DNA from: Geobacter sulfurreducens PCA
GTDB taxonomy: Bacteria; Desulfobacterota; Desulfuromonadia; Geobacterales; Geobacteraceae
Reading direction: 5' to 3'
DNA length: 32,000 nucleotides
NCBI RefSeq assembly: GCF_000007985.2
Contig: NC_002939.5
Location: forward strand, 3,210,001 to 3,242,000
Shown here: positions 24,914-32,000 of the stretch, in pieces
Numbering within the stretch: position 1 is the stretch's first letter
Layout: every line of letters starts with the position of its first letter
Notes under the pieces: generated by a model
What the model saw: only the letters and a program-made list of their open reading frames with translations
The model's database searches: none
What the model was told of the DNA's origin: nothing
Made by a program: the position numbers and the translations under genes

Positions 24914-26134
24914 CTAGAAAAGGAGCTGGAGCTGGGTGATGAACGTGGTGAAGTCCTCGCTCTTGACTCCGTTGTACGTGCCTTCCTTGTCGAAGTCGGT
25001 CTTGCTGATCTCGGCCGTCAGTTTCAGGTTCTGGCCCCAGATGTAGTAGTTGGCGCCGACGCCGTACCAGTTGATGTCCTGGTCCACCACATTGTTGAGG
25101 CTGGCGAAGCTCCACCGCTCGTAGCGGCCGAAGATCTGGAGCGGGAAGTTGGGGAGCATGTAACCGGCCTTGGCATACCAGCCGTTTTTCTCGCCGTTGA
25201 GGCCAATGGCACCGCTGTCCACATTGGTGGATACGGTATATGCGTCATCCATGCTGAAGTCGGCGTAGGCGGCAGAAGCGGTGATGGTGCCGAAGCCTTC
25301 GACCGGATACTCGAAATAACCGTCAACAGTCCAGGCGGTGTAATCCTTGGAGTCGGACTGAGTGGCGGCATTGCCATAAGCGACGTTCGGCTCGTACTGA
25401 ACCCCGGCGCCCACGGTCAGGACCTGCTTCTCGCCCATGTAGGTACCCTTGTAGCCGTAATCCTTCTCGGGATCGAGCAGTGTCACGTGAGCGCGGGCCG
25501 TATAGCGGAAGTTCGAATCAGGCGAAGAATAGCCGTTGGCATCCCGGTCGCCGGCCTTGCGGCCTTCCATCGCGTCGAGGCGATACTGGAAGACGTCGTT
25601 GAACAGGTTACCCCAGACCGCCACACCCACGTCGCGGGTCGAAACATAGGGGGCGCGGATAAAGAGGGACCGGTCCAGGGTCAGAGGCATTTCGCACGCT
25701 TCGAGATTCTCACGGGTCAGGTTGTGCTTGAATTTACCCACATTGACCCGGAACCCATCGTGGAATTTGAAACGCATAACGGCGTCGAGAAGCTGGAACT
25801 CCGTGTCGGCGCTGTTGTCGCCGACTCCGAGGGTACCCACGTTGGGATCTTCGGTGAATTCGGTCTGAACATAAAGGCTCAGCATATCGCCGTACTTGCC
25901 CATAAAGGCGAGACGGTTGCGGCGGAAGTTGAAGTTGGTGGTGGTATCGTCACCGTTGGCGCCGGAGCCGTTGTCGCGGATCGACATCTGGAACTGGCCC
26001 TTGTAGTCGATCTGGAGGGCGCCCTGGTCTTCGGGGCCAAAGGTGATCCGGGGACCGGCGAACGCCGTGCCGGCCAGGAGGGCCGTACCGAGGGCGACGC
26101 CGGAGATGGTCGATATCTTGCGCATATTCATCAT
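24914..26134 (-). CDS. outer-membrane beta-barrel porin, OprO/OprP (phosphate-selective porin O and P)-like
   Basis: 406 aa. Signal peptide ..ALGTALLAGTAFA. Alternating amphipathic strands. FNFRRNRLAFMG and LLDAVMRFKF are typical of porin O_P. C-terminal aromatic signature ..ITQLQLLF. Confidence 0.8.
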   Translation of the reverse strand: MMNMRKISTISGVALGTALLAGTAFAGPRITFGPEDQGALQIDYKGQFQMSIRDNGSGANGDDTTTNFNFRRNRLAFMGKYGDMLSLYVQTEFTEDPNVGTLGVGDNSADTEFQLLDAVMRFKFHDGFRVNVGKFKHNLTRENLEACEMPLTLDRSLFIRAPYVSTRDVGVAVWGNLFNDVFQYRLDAMEGRKAGDRDANGYSSPDSNFRYTARAHVTLLDPEKDYGYKGTYMGEKQVLTVGAGVQYEPNVAYGNAATQSDSKDYTAWTVDGYFEYPVEGFGTITASAAYADFSMDDAYTVSTNVDSGAIGLNGEKNGWYAKAGYMLPNFPLQIFGRYERWSFASLNNVVDQDINWYGVGANYYIWGQNLKLTAEISKTDFDKEGTYNGVKSEDFTTFITQLQLLF

Positions 26135-26161
26135 GCATTCGCTCCTTTTAATTGAGAAGTC

Positions 26162-26181
26162 CCCCGCCCCGAGGGGCGGGG
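26162..26181 (-). other. GC-rich intercistronic hairpin between the rhodanese and porin genes
   Basis: CCCCGCCCC-GA-GGGGCGGGG (realistically a 7-bp stem with a 6-nt loop). On the minus strand it is followed by GACTTCTCAATT. Possibly a partial attenuator or stability element. Confidence 0.4.
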
Positions 26182-26201
26182 ATCAAGAACGTCGCTCACT
26201 G

Positions 26202-27608
26202 CTAGCAGCCACCGCCACCGGTCGAGCCGCCACCACCGGTCGTACCGGTAACGGTGCTGCGGTAGGCCCTGTCGGCATCTTCAATCTGGTTGCCTTGCGC
26301 GAAGCTCGGCTCAACCCCGAAGACCCGGGACGTGTAGTTGATAATAGGCCGCTGGGCAAGATTCGTGGTGCTGATGGTCCGCCCAACGTTCCAGGTCAGG
26401 TTGTCGGTCAGGAGGGTGGTGTCCCAGATAGACCCGACGGCCAGCTTGCCGCCGGCATTGACCGTAGCGCCGGTCGTATCGGTGGCGGTATGGCTCGACG
26501 AGGCCATCAGGTTCCATTGACCCAGCGAGCCGTCATACCATTTGACGTCAACGTTGGAGTTGTAGTAGGCGATGCCGTCAAGTGCGAAATAGGCCACGGA
26601 TGCAGCGTTGCCGGCCCGACAGAAGACGATGAAGGTCTTTGCAGAATCGCGGTTCGCATCCCCCAGGGTGGTAACACCGTCTCCGGCCACTGCGGCACTG
26701 ATGTCGGTTTGCAGGGTTGCCGCGTCTTTGAAATAGAGAGTGCTTGCAGGCGAAACCACGTTGGCGTACGGGAAGCGGTACGAGCCCTTGATGGCGCCGT
26801 CGAACGGAGTATAGAAGTTGCCGTCGAGGAGGTCCGTTGTCGAGGACACCGTGCCGGGACGAATCGTGTCAAGAATAAAGACTTTGTTTGCGTTACCGGC
26901 AACGACTCCCTGAACATAGGCGATCATCTCGGGCAGGGAGACGCGCATGTCGGTGTTTACCCGGCTCGTGCCGTTCTGGGCCACACCGTAAGTTGACTTC
27001 TGGATCGTCGGCACGGCCGTGGTCAGCGAATAACCCGCGGCAACCCAGGCGGGGTTTCCGCCTTGCAGAACCTTAAGACGGGCTTTGGGGAAGCCCCAGT
27101 AACGGAACGTCGTGTACGCCCGCGCCACGTTGATGGTGTTGTTGGCGTTATTGGTGAGCACGATGGTCGTATTTCCGTCGATGCCCGCGTTTTGAATCAG
27201 AGCGTCCATGGTTGCGCCGGTGCAGACCATGTTGCCCGTGACACTCAGGGGCCCTTCAGCACGGGTATTGTCCTGGAAAGCATTCGCTCCGGCAGAAATC
27301 AATTGTGCCCCGGGGATGTGTCCGACGGTGTTGTATTTGTTGGAACCATCGGTTTCATTGCTGGAGACGTCGAGAATCACAACGCGGTCGTAGCTTCCGC
27401 TCGCCTTGTTCACCAGTCCTGCGTCAATCCATGCCTTGAGTTGCTCTGCTGTTACCAGGGCATTGGCCGTCTGCATCGTGACGGCAGATGTGGCCGGCTG
27501 ATCATAGCCCCCGCCACCGCAGCCCCACAGAGTGAGCAGCGTCAGCGCAACAACGCCGAGCATGCTCGCCAGCATGACACGTCCCTTTCTCCATGCCTGT
27601 TTCGCCAT
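26202..27608 (-). CDS. tandem-rhodanese-domain lipoprotein (sulfurtransferase-like) with Gly-rich C-terminal tail ending in Cys
   Basis: ATG with AAAGGAGG 4 nt upstream. Lipobox LTLWGC. The first rhodanese-like domain lacks a catalytic Cys (TTIVLTNNANN). The second has the active-site loop FIVFCRAGNAAS. The C-terminus is TVTGTTGGGGSTGGGGC-stop. Confidence 0.8.
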   Translation of the reverse strand: MAKQAWRKGRVMLASMLGVVALTLLTLWGCGGGGYDQPATSAVTMQTANALVTAEQLKAWIDAGLVNKASGSYDRVVILDVSSNETDGSNKYNTVGHIPGAQLISAGANAFQDNTRAEGPLSVTGNMVCTGATMDALIQNAGIDGNTTIVLTNNANNTINVARAYTTFRYWGFPKARLKVLQGGNPAWVAAGYSLTTAVPTIQKSTYGVAQNGTSRVNTDMRVSLPEMIAYVQGVVAGNANKVFILDTIRPGTVSSTTDLLDGNFYTPFDGAIKGSYRFPYANVVSPASTLYFKDAATLQTDISAAVAGDGVTTLGDANRDSAKTFIVFCRAGNAASVAYFALDGIAYYNSNVDVKWYDGSLGQWNLMASSSHTATDTTGATVNAGGKLAVGSIWDTTLLTDNLTWNVGRTISTTNLAQRPIINYTSRVFGVEPSFAQGNQIEDADRAYRSTVTGTTGGGGSTGGGGC

Positions 27609-27653
27609 ACAACCTCCTTTAACTGGTTATTGCCCCTCCCCGAAGGAAACGGC

Positions 27654-27678
27654 GCCTCGCACGCACGCGGTGCGAGGC
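27654..27678 (-). other. stem-loop in the predicted 5' UTR of the rhodanese operon
   Basis: GCCTCGCAC-GCACGCG-GTGCGAGGC: a 9-bp perfect stem between the sigma-54 promoter (27705-27720) and the ATG at 27608. Confidence 0.4.
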
Positions 27679-27704
27679 AATACAACGACTATCCCGTCAG
27701 CTAT

Positions 27705-27720
27705 TGCAACAAAAGTGCCA
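27705..27720 (-). promoter_or_regulatory. sigma-54 (-24/-12) promoter for the rhodanese-porin-small protein operon
   Basis: Minus strand reads TGGCAC-TTTTG-TTGCA, a perfect match to TGGCAC-N5-TTGC(A/T). It is intergenic and correctly oriented, about 97 nt upstream of ATG 27608. Confidence 0.7.
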
Positions 27721-27817
27721 CACAATTAGAGCCAAATAATGCCGCACAAAGCAACCGCTTATCATGACTTTCTTTTTTCATCTTGAACTATATCGTCGTT
27801 TTTGTAATAACTTGAAG

Positions 27818-27830
27818 TGAAACATTTTCA
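27818..27830. promoter_or_regulatory. T-N11-A inverted repeat (candidate LysR-type regulator box)
   Basis: TGAAA-CAT-TTTCA, a 5-3-5 palindrome. It lies about 50 nt upstream of the LysR ATG and about 100 nt upstream of the divergent sigma-54 promoter. Confidence 0.35.
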
Positions 27831-27878
27831 TAACAGCCATGCGCAACACGCATAACATCCATAACTCACTATAAAACA

Positions 27879-28814
27879 ATGGATTTGATCCTTCTTAATA
27901 CTTTTATAAAGGTCGCGACCATCGGCAGCATCTCAAAGGCTGCAGGGCTGCTTTGCGTCACCCAGTCCGCGGTTTCGCGACGCATCAAGTTGCTGGAAGA
28001 ACACTACGGCCGCCCCCTCCTGGAGCGTACCGGAACCACGCTGAGACCCACCCCTGCCGGAAAAATGCTGATCGAAAAGGCCAAGTCGATCCTTGACATC
28101 GAGCGCCAAATTCTCGACAGCCTTGGTGTCAAGGAAACGAGGCAGAAGATATCCTTCTGCTGCACCCCGTCCTTCGGCATCGGCAGCCTTCCGGCAATCC
28201 TCGACTCCTTTCTGGCCGACAAAGGGGAGAAAACAGATCTCAAGTTCGTTTTCGCCATGCCCGAGGAGGCTCTTGACGGGATCAGAAGCGGCAGGTTCGA
28301 TCTCGCCCTCATCGAGCACTGCGACGATCTTGACCTGAACGGCTACCGGACGTATCCGCTCCCCCCCGACGAGATGATCTTCATCAGCGCCCCCGCGCGC
28401 GGCATCGACATGCCTGCACCGGACATCGACCGGTTGCTGGGGGAGCGGCTCTACCTCAAGAACGAAACCGGTTGCGCCAAACGTTTTCTCGACCGGAACA
28501 TGCGCTCCATCGGGCGCGACGGCAACGAGTTCGTCAACACCGTATACTTTGACGACTGCCCGTTCATCCTCAGCCAGGTACGCGCCGGCAACGGCATCGC
28601 CTTTGTCTCGGCAACGATCGTTCAGGCCGAGCTTCGCGCCGGCACACTGCGCGCACACCGGATCGCCGGATTCGACCCGTTCCGTCCCCGCACCATTGTA
28701 TTCAGCCCGCACATGGAGTGTTCTCCCGCTATTCACGCCTTCACTGAAACGCTCTTTGCAGCCCACGACATCCCCTCCTCCGCTGCCCTGTTCTCCTCCC
28801 GGCGCACCCGGTAA
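27879..28814 (+). CDS. LysR-family transcriptional regulator
   Basis: 311 aa. N-terminal w[42 protein letters not shown], then a LysR substrate-binding fold. Divergent from the rhodanese operon. Confidence 0.9.
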   Translation: MDLILLNTFIKVATIGSISKAAGLLCVTQSAVSRRIKLLEEHYGRPLLERTGTTLRPTPAGKMLIEKAKSILDIERQILDSLGVKETRQKISFCCTPSFGIGSLPAILDSFLADKGEKTDLKFVFAMPEEALDGIRSGRFDLALIEHCDDLDLNGYRTYPLPPDEMIFISAPARGIDMPAPDIDRLLGERLYLKNETGCAKRFLDRNMRSIGRDGNEFVNTVYFDDCPFILSQVRAGNGIAFVSATIVQAELRAGTLRAHRIAGFDPFRPRTIVFSPHMECSPAIHAFTETLFAAHDIPSSAALFSSRRTR

Positions 28815-28971
28815 GGCCGCCACCTTCCAGGCGATCTCAATTTTCCTTAAAGTTATTCGGGTATGCTCCGATACGCAACAACAGATAACCACACGCGACG
28901 TGTGTTCACGATCAAGGATCCGGCCAACGCCGAGCCATCCGATTGGGCTGGACCGAAAGGAGAGGAGAACG

Positions 28972-30606
28972 ATGCGCGTTATCAGGAACTTGCATCTGAG
29001 CACAAAACTGGTGGCGGGTTTCGTACTCGTGGCCGTTATAGCAGGATTGGTCGGCCTCATCGGCACCCTGAAGATCCGCGTCATGGAAACGGCCGGCACT
29101 GAAATGTACGATCTGGTTACCGAACCCCTCGGCACCATGGGCGGAGTGGCCATCGCCTTCCAGAAGGCACGGGTCAACATTCGCGGCATGATCCTTGACG
29201 ACAATCCCGCCCGAGCCCAGGCCAACGCAAACTCCATCGCCAAGTTCTACAAGGAGATCGACGAAGGGCTGGCGGATTTCGGCAAGAGCATCCTCAGCAA
29301 AGATATCCGGCAGGAATTCGACGCCCTCAGAAACACCATCGCTGAGTATGCACCGGTGCGGGAAGAAATCGTCACCGCGACCCTTGACGGAGACCGGGAA
29401 ACAGCGCTGGCTCTCATGCGGAGCCAGGGGCTGGCCTTCGAAAAGAAGATCGATGAATCGATCAAGAAGCTCTTCGACATGAAGATCGCCGGGGCGAAAA
29501 AGCGAAAAGACATGAATGCGGCAGCGGCACAAAGCGCACTGACCCAGATGATGCTTCTTGCCCTCATCGGCATGGTTGTCGCCGTGGTCCTCGGCCTCTT
29601 TGTCTCTCGCCAGATCACGGTACCGCTCAGGAAGGTCGTAGACTTTGCCCAGGCCATCGCCCAGGGCGACCTGGCTCACCGCCTGGATATGGAACAGAAT
29701 GACGAGACCGGGCAACTGGCCGAGGCCGTCAACACCATGGCGGATCGGCTCAACCGGCTCATTGCCGGCGTGGCCGAAAATGCATCCCAGGTGGCGGCGG
29801 CGGCGAGCCAGCTCACCTCCAATGCAGAGCAAATGGCGACCGGCGCGGAGGAGGTGGCGGCACAAACCGGTACCGTGGCCACGGCCAGCGAGGAAATGGC
29901 GTCCACCTCGGCGGAGATCGCCCAGAACTGCACCGCCGCTGCTGAAGAGTCCCGACGGGCAAGCGATACGGCGGTCCAGGGTTCGGAGGTCATTCGCCAT
30001 ACGGTCGGCGAGATGGAGCGAATCGCCGAGCGGGTCCGCGAGACGGCCAGAACCGTGGAAAGTCTCGGGGCCCGGAGTGATCAGATCGGTGAAATCATCG
30101 GCACCATTGAGGATATCGCCGACCAGACGAACCTTCTGGCCCTGAACGCGGCCATCGAGGCGGCCCGGGCCGGTGAACAGGGGCGCGGCTTCGCCGTGGT
30201 CGCCGACGAGGTCCGGGCACTGGCGGAGCGGACATCCCGCGCTACCAGGGAAATCAGTACCATGATCAAGGCGATCCAGCAGGAGACCAAGGGGGCCGTC
30301 GCCTCCATGGAGCAGGGGGTGCGGGAAGTGGAACGCGGCACGGCCGAGGCATCCCAGTCGGGCAAGGCCTTGGAAGAGATCCTGGAGCAGGTGGGCTGTG
30401 TGACCATGCAGATCAACCAGATAGCAACGGCAGCCGAGCAGCAGACCTCGACCACGTCGGAGATCAGCGGCAACATCCAGCAGATTACCGATGTGGTTCA
30501 GCAGACGGCCCGGGGTGCCCAGGAAACCGCGGCGGCCGCGCGGCAACTCTCGCAGCTGTCGGCAGAGCTGCAGCACCTGATCGGCCAGTTCCATCTCGCA
30601 GCCTGA
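28972..30606 (+). CDS. methyl-accepting chemotaxis protein (4-helix-bundle periplasmic sensor, HAMP, MA domain)
   Basis: Internal ATG at 28972 of track ORF 28549..30606, with AGGAGAGGAG upstream. TM1 [19 protein letters not shown] and TM2 [23 protein letters not shown] domain. Highly conserved signalling hairpin [34 protein letters not shown]. Confidence 0.9.
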   Translation: MRVIRNLHLSTKLVAGFVLVAVIAGLVGLIGTLKIRVMETAGTEMYDLVTEPLGTMGGVAIAFQKARVNIRGMILDDNPARAQANANSIAKFYKEIDEGLADFGKSILSKDIRQEFDALRNTIAEYAPVREEIVTATLDGDRETALALMRSQGLAFEKKIDESIKKLFDMKIAGAKKRKDMNAAAAQSALTQMMLLALIGMVVAVVLGLFVSRQITVPLRKVVDFAQAIAQGDLAHRLDMEQNDETGQLAEAVNTMADRLNRLIAGVAENASQVAAAASQLTSNAEQMATGAEEVAAQTGTVATASEEMASTSAEIAQNCTAAAEESRRASDTAVQGSEVIRHTVGEMERIAERVRETARTVESLGARSDQIGEIIGTIEDIADQTNLLALNAAIEAARAGEQGRGFAVVADEVRALAERTSRATREISTMIKAIQQETKGAVASMEQGVREVERGTAEASQSGKALEEILEQVGCVTMQINQIATAAEQQTSTTSEISGNIQQITDVVQQTARGAQETAAAARQLSQLSAELQHLIGQFHLAA

Positions 30607-30624
30607 CCGTCTTCATCTGTTAAC

Positions 30625-30660
30625 GAAAAAAGGACCCTCCGATCCGGGGGGTCCTTTTTT
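30625..30660 (+). terminator. rho-independent terminator after the MCP gene
   Basis: AAAAAAGGACCC - loop - GGGTCCTTTTTT: stem GGACCC/GGGTCC flanked by an A-tract and a T-tract. It begins 19 nt after the stop. Confidence 0.8.
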
Positions 30661-30761
30661 CGTTACGTGACGCAGGCAGGGAACGCTATCGGGCGAGTAC
30701 ATTTTTGATGACAAACAACGGACTCAATGGTAACTATGGGCAAACGCTAATGGGAGTACAC

Positions 30762-31199
30762 ATGAAGCAACTCAGTGCGGCCGCACTTTTCATATCCGGA
30801 GCCCTGCTGCTCCTTTTGCCCCGGATTCTTGCCCCCGTCTGCATCCACGCTTCGAACATCGACCCTAAGCTCGGCGCATTCATGCCGTGCAGCGATGCGG
30901 CTGCCATGACCTACGTAATCGGGGCCATCACCATGGCATGCAGTTGCGCTGTCATGTTCGCCCCCGACACTGCGACTGCGAAAGGGGCTCTCTGGTTGTG
31001 CCTGACGCTGGCGGGGCTCCTCTTCTACGGCTACCTGCTGACTCCCGGCGTCTGCCACGCGGAGGGAATGCCGTGCCGGGCAAGCACCCTGCCAGCGGCC
31101 CTCGCCCTGGGAGCCTTTCAGGTGTTCTTCAGCCTGCTGGGCCTTTTCTCGATCGGATCACTCGACCGGTTCCGCGCCTCGCTTCGCCGCCGCACCTGA
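30762..31199 (+). CDS. Cys-rich integral membrane protein (4 TM; DUF4418-like, tentative)
   Basis: ATG at 30762 with GGGAG 6 nt upstream (the ORF track starts at 30705). Four hydrophobic helices with paired Cys near the helix ends (PVCIH, MPCSD, ACSC, GVCHAEGMPC). Confidence 0.6.
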   Translation: MKQLSAAALFISGALLLLLPRILAPVCIHASNIDPKLGAFMPCSDAAAMTYVIGAITMACSCAVMFAPDTATAKGALWLCLTLAGLLFYGYLLTPGVCHAEGMPCRASTLPAALALGAFQVFFSLLGLFSIGSLDRFRASLRRRT

Positions 31200-31391
31200 G
31201 CAGTAACCCGTCGGAGAGCCCCTTTTACCCTTACACCCAGCCCCCTCAACAAGTCGATCACAGCAACCATGCTCCGCTCACCCGCCCCCGAACGGTAACA
31301 TGCACTATCCCATCGGGTTCACCTTCGTGCAATCTCTCCAACTCTATTCATAATTACAATGCCATTGTTTTAAATCATAAATATTATCAAT

Positions 31392-31420
31392 TTGACATAT
31401 GCATACAATGCAATTGAAAT
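31392..31420 (+). promoter_or_regulatory. candidate sigma-70 promoter for the downstream dehydratase-like gene
   Basis: TTGACA (31392-31397), 17-nt spacer, TGAAAT (31415-31420). It sits in an AT-rich island about 37 nt upstream of ATG 31457. Confidence 0.35.
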
Positions 31421-31456
31421 ACGCATTATTTTACCGCTTGTTGAGGAGGGGAACGG

Positions 31457-32000
31457 ATGACACCGGAACAGTTTGAAGTGAAGGCCAACCCGGCACTGTG
31501 GGAACGCCTGGGGATGAACGTTGAACGGTTTAGCGGCATGCCGAAAATGCTGACCGAGGCATTCCGAGGCATCTATCTGAGCCAGAAGAACAGGCCGGCG
31601 CGGATGGAGTACTTCGACGGCATGATTGCCGAGCTCCACAGCGGCCGGGTCGAGGAGCTCGTGACGGCCAAGGACGCCGGCCGCCCCGTAGTGGGAACGT
31701 TCTGCGTATATGTGCCCGAAGAGGTCATCATGGCAGTGGGCGGCATCTGCGTGGGGCTGTGCGGCGGCTCCCAGGGATCCATTCCCGATGCGGAGAAAGT
31801 CCTGCCCCGTAACATCTGCCCCATGGTGAAGTCGGCCTTCGGATTCAAGCTCGGCAAGATTTGCCCCTACTTCCAGGCCGTCGACCTGGTCTACGGCGAA
31901 ACTACCTGCGATGCCAAGAAAAAGACCTGGGAGCTCCTGGACCGCGAAGTGCCGACTCACGTAATGGAGATTCCCCAGATGAAGCGGGCGCGGGACAAAG
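31457..32000 (+). CDS. 2-hydroxyacyl-CoA dehydratase / benzoyl-CoA reductase BcrC/BadD/HgdB-family protein (N-terminal part; runs off the window)
   Basis: Absent from the ORF track because it is open-ended. ATG at 31457 with GAGGAGGGG 6 nt upstream. My translation is MTPEQFEVKANPALWERLGMNVERF...GRPVVGTFCVYVPEEVIMAVGGICVGLCGG...YGETTCDAKKKTWE, typical of the family N-terminus. Confidence 0.8.
   Translation, partial: MTPEQFEVKANPALWERLGMNVERFSGMPKMLTEAFRGIYLSQKNRPARMEYFDGMIAELHSGRVEELVTAKDAGRPVVGTFCVYVPEEVIMAVGGICVGLCGGSQGSIPDAEKVLPRNICPMVKSAFGFKLGKICPYFQAVDLVYGETTCDAKKKTWELLDREVPTHVMEIPQMKRARDK

Noticed and set aside
24272-26155. 627-aa plus-strand ORF, plus other long antisense ORFs: 2010-3344, 4157-5356, 5503-6963, 6984-8267, 10669-12033, 15237-16361, 27933-29243, 28912-30594 and 31370-31960.
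   Set aside because: Each lies antisense to a gene with clear family motifs. Their translations are Arg/Gly/Ala/Pro-rich with no recognisable motifs and no RBS. This is the typical high-GC shadow-ORF artefact.
28549-28971. N-terminal extension of the MCP ORF, overlapping the LysR gene.
   Set aside because: The extension is Pro/Ser/Arg-rich and overlaps the LysR coding region. ATG 28972 has a strong AGGAG-type RBS and is followed directly by the first TM helix.
1-32000. Scan for CRISPR arrays, IS elements or transposases, integrases, tRNA or rRNA genes, and toxin-antitoxin or defence-system genes.
   Set aside because: None is visible. There are no regularly spaced direct repeats, no terminal inverted repeats flanking a transposase-like ORF, and no cloverleaf-like segments. 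The only sharp AT-rich islands are the promoter regions at about 27720-27880 and about 31330-31440.

Overview
High-GC (about 60%+) bacterial chromosomal window, densely coding. Its content looks like Geobacter or another Desulfuromonadales member; this is inference from the number of multihaem c-type cytochromes and the gene content, not a database hit.

Layout, left to right:
- (a) 1-3672, minus strand: an operon encoding an NHL-propeller/Ig-repeat/dockerin-like protein and a multihaem cytochrome, behind a textbook sigma-54 promoter.
- (b) 3938-7538, minus: a sigma-54 enhancer-binding response regulator, a histidine kinase whose periplasmic domain carries a CxxCH haem-c motif, and an orphan GspG-like pseudopilin.
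- (c) 7548-13907, minus: housekeeping genes. These are a split transketolase, a short-form MetH, a GerMN protein and MurI.
- (d) 14067-17594, plus: a 2-hydroxyacyl-CoA dehydratase-like subunit with its activase, a membrane-anchored dihaem cytochrome, an HExxH protein and a hemerythrin.
- (e) 17672-27720, minus: a roughly 10 kb redox supercluster starting from a second textbook sigma-54 promoter.
- (f) 27879-32000, plus: a divergent LysR regulator, an MCP, a Cys-rich membrane protein and a second dehydratase-like gene (partial).

Gene order in supercluster (e), reading 5' to 3' on the minus strand:
1. Two-domain rhodanese lipoprotein.
2. OprO/P-like porin.
3. Small secreted protein, followed by a terminator.
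4. Pentahaem cytochrome, followed by a terminator.
5. 12-haem lipoprotein cytochrome.
6. 10-haem cytochrome.
7. Tat-Rieske protein.
8. Cytochrome b6-like protein.
9. Subunit-IV-like protein.
10. Tetrahaem cytochrome c.

Most interesting observations:
1. The pentahaem cytochrome is split in the ORF track only by a single in-frame TGA. That TGA forms the base of a 33-nt hairpin, making it a candidate selenocysteine/SECIS site. The alternative is a nonsense mutation.
2. The rhodanese and the small secreted protein both terminate exactly in Gly-Cys-stop. The rhodanese does so after a GGGGSTGGGG tail, which resembles a sulfur-carrier swinging arm.
3. Both perfect TGGCAC-N5-TTGC promoters lie in front of the two cytochrome-associated accessory operons. 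The only sigma-54 activator in the window is paired with a haem-c sensor kinase.

Together these suggest an undescribed chalcogen (polysulfide, thiosulfate or selenium) handling and respiratory module, coupled to a Rieske/cytochrome-b quinol oxidoreductase. I saw no rRNA, tRNA, CRISPR array or mobile element.
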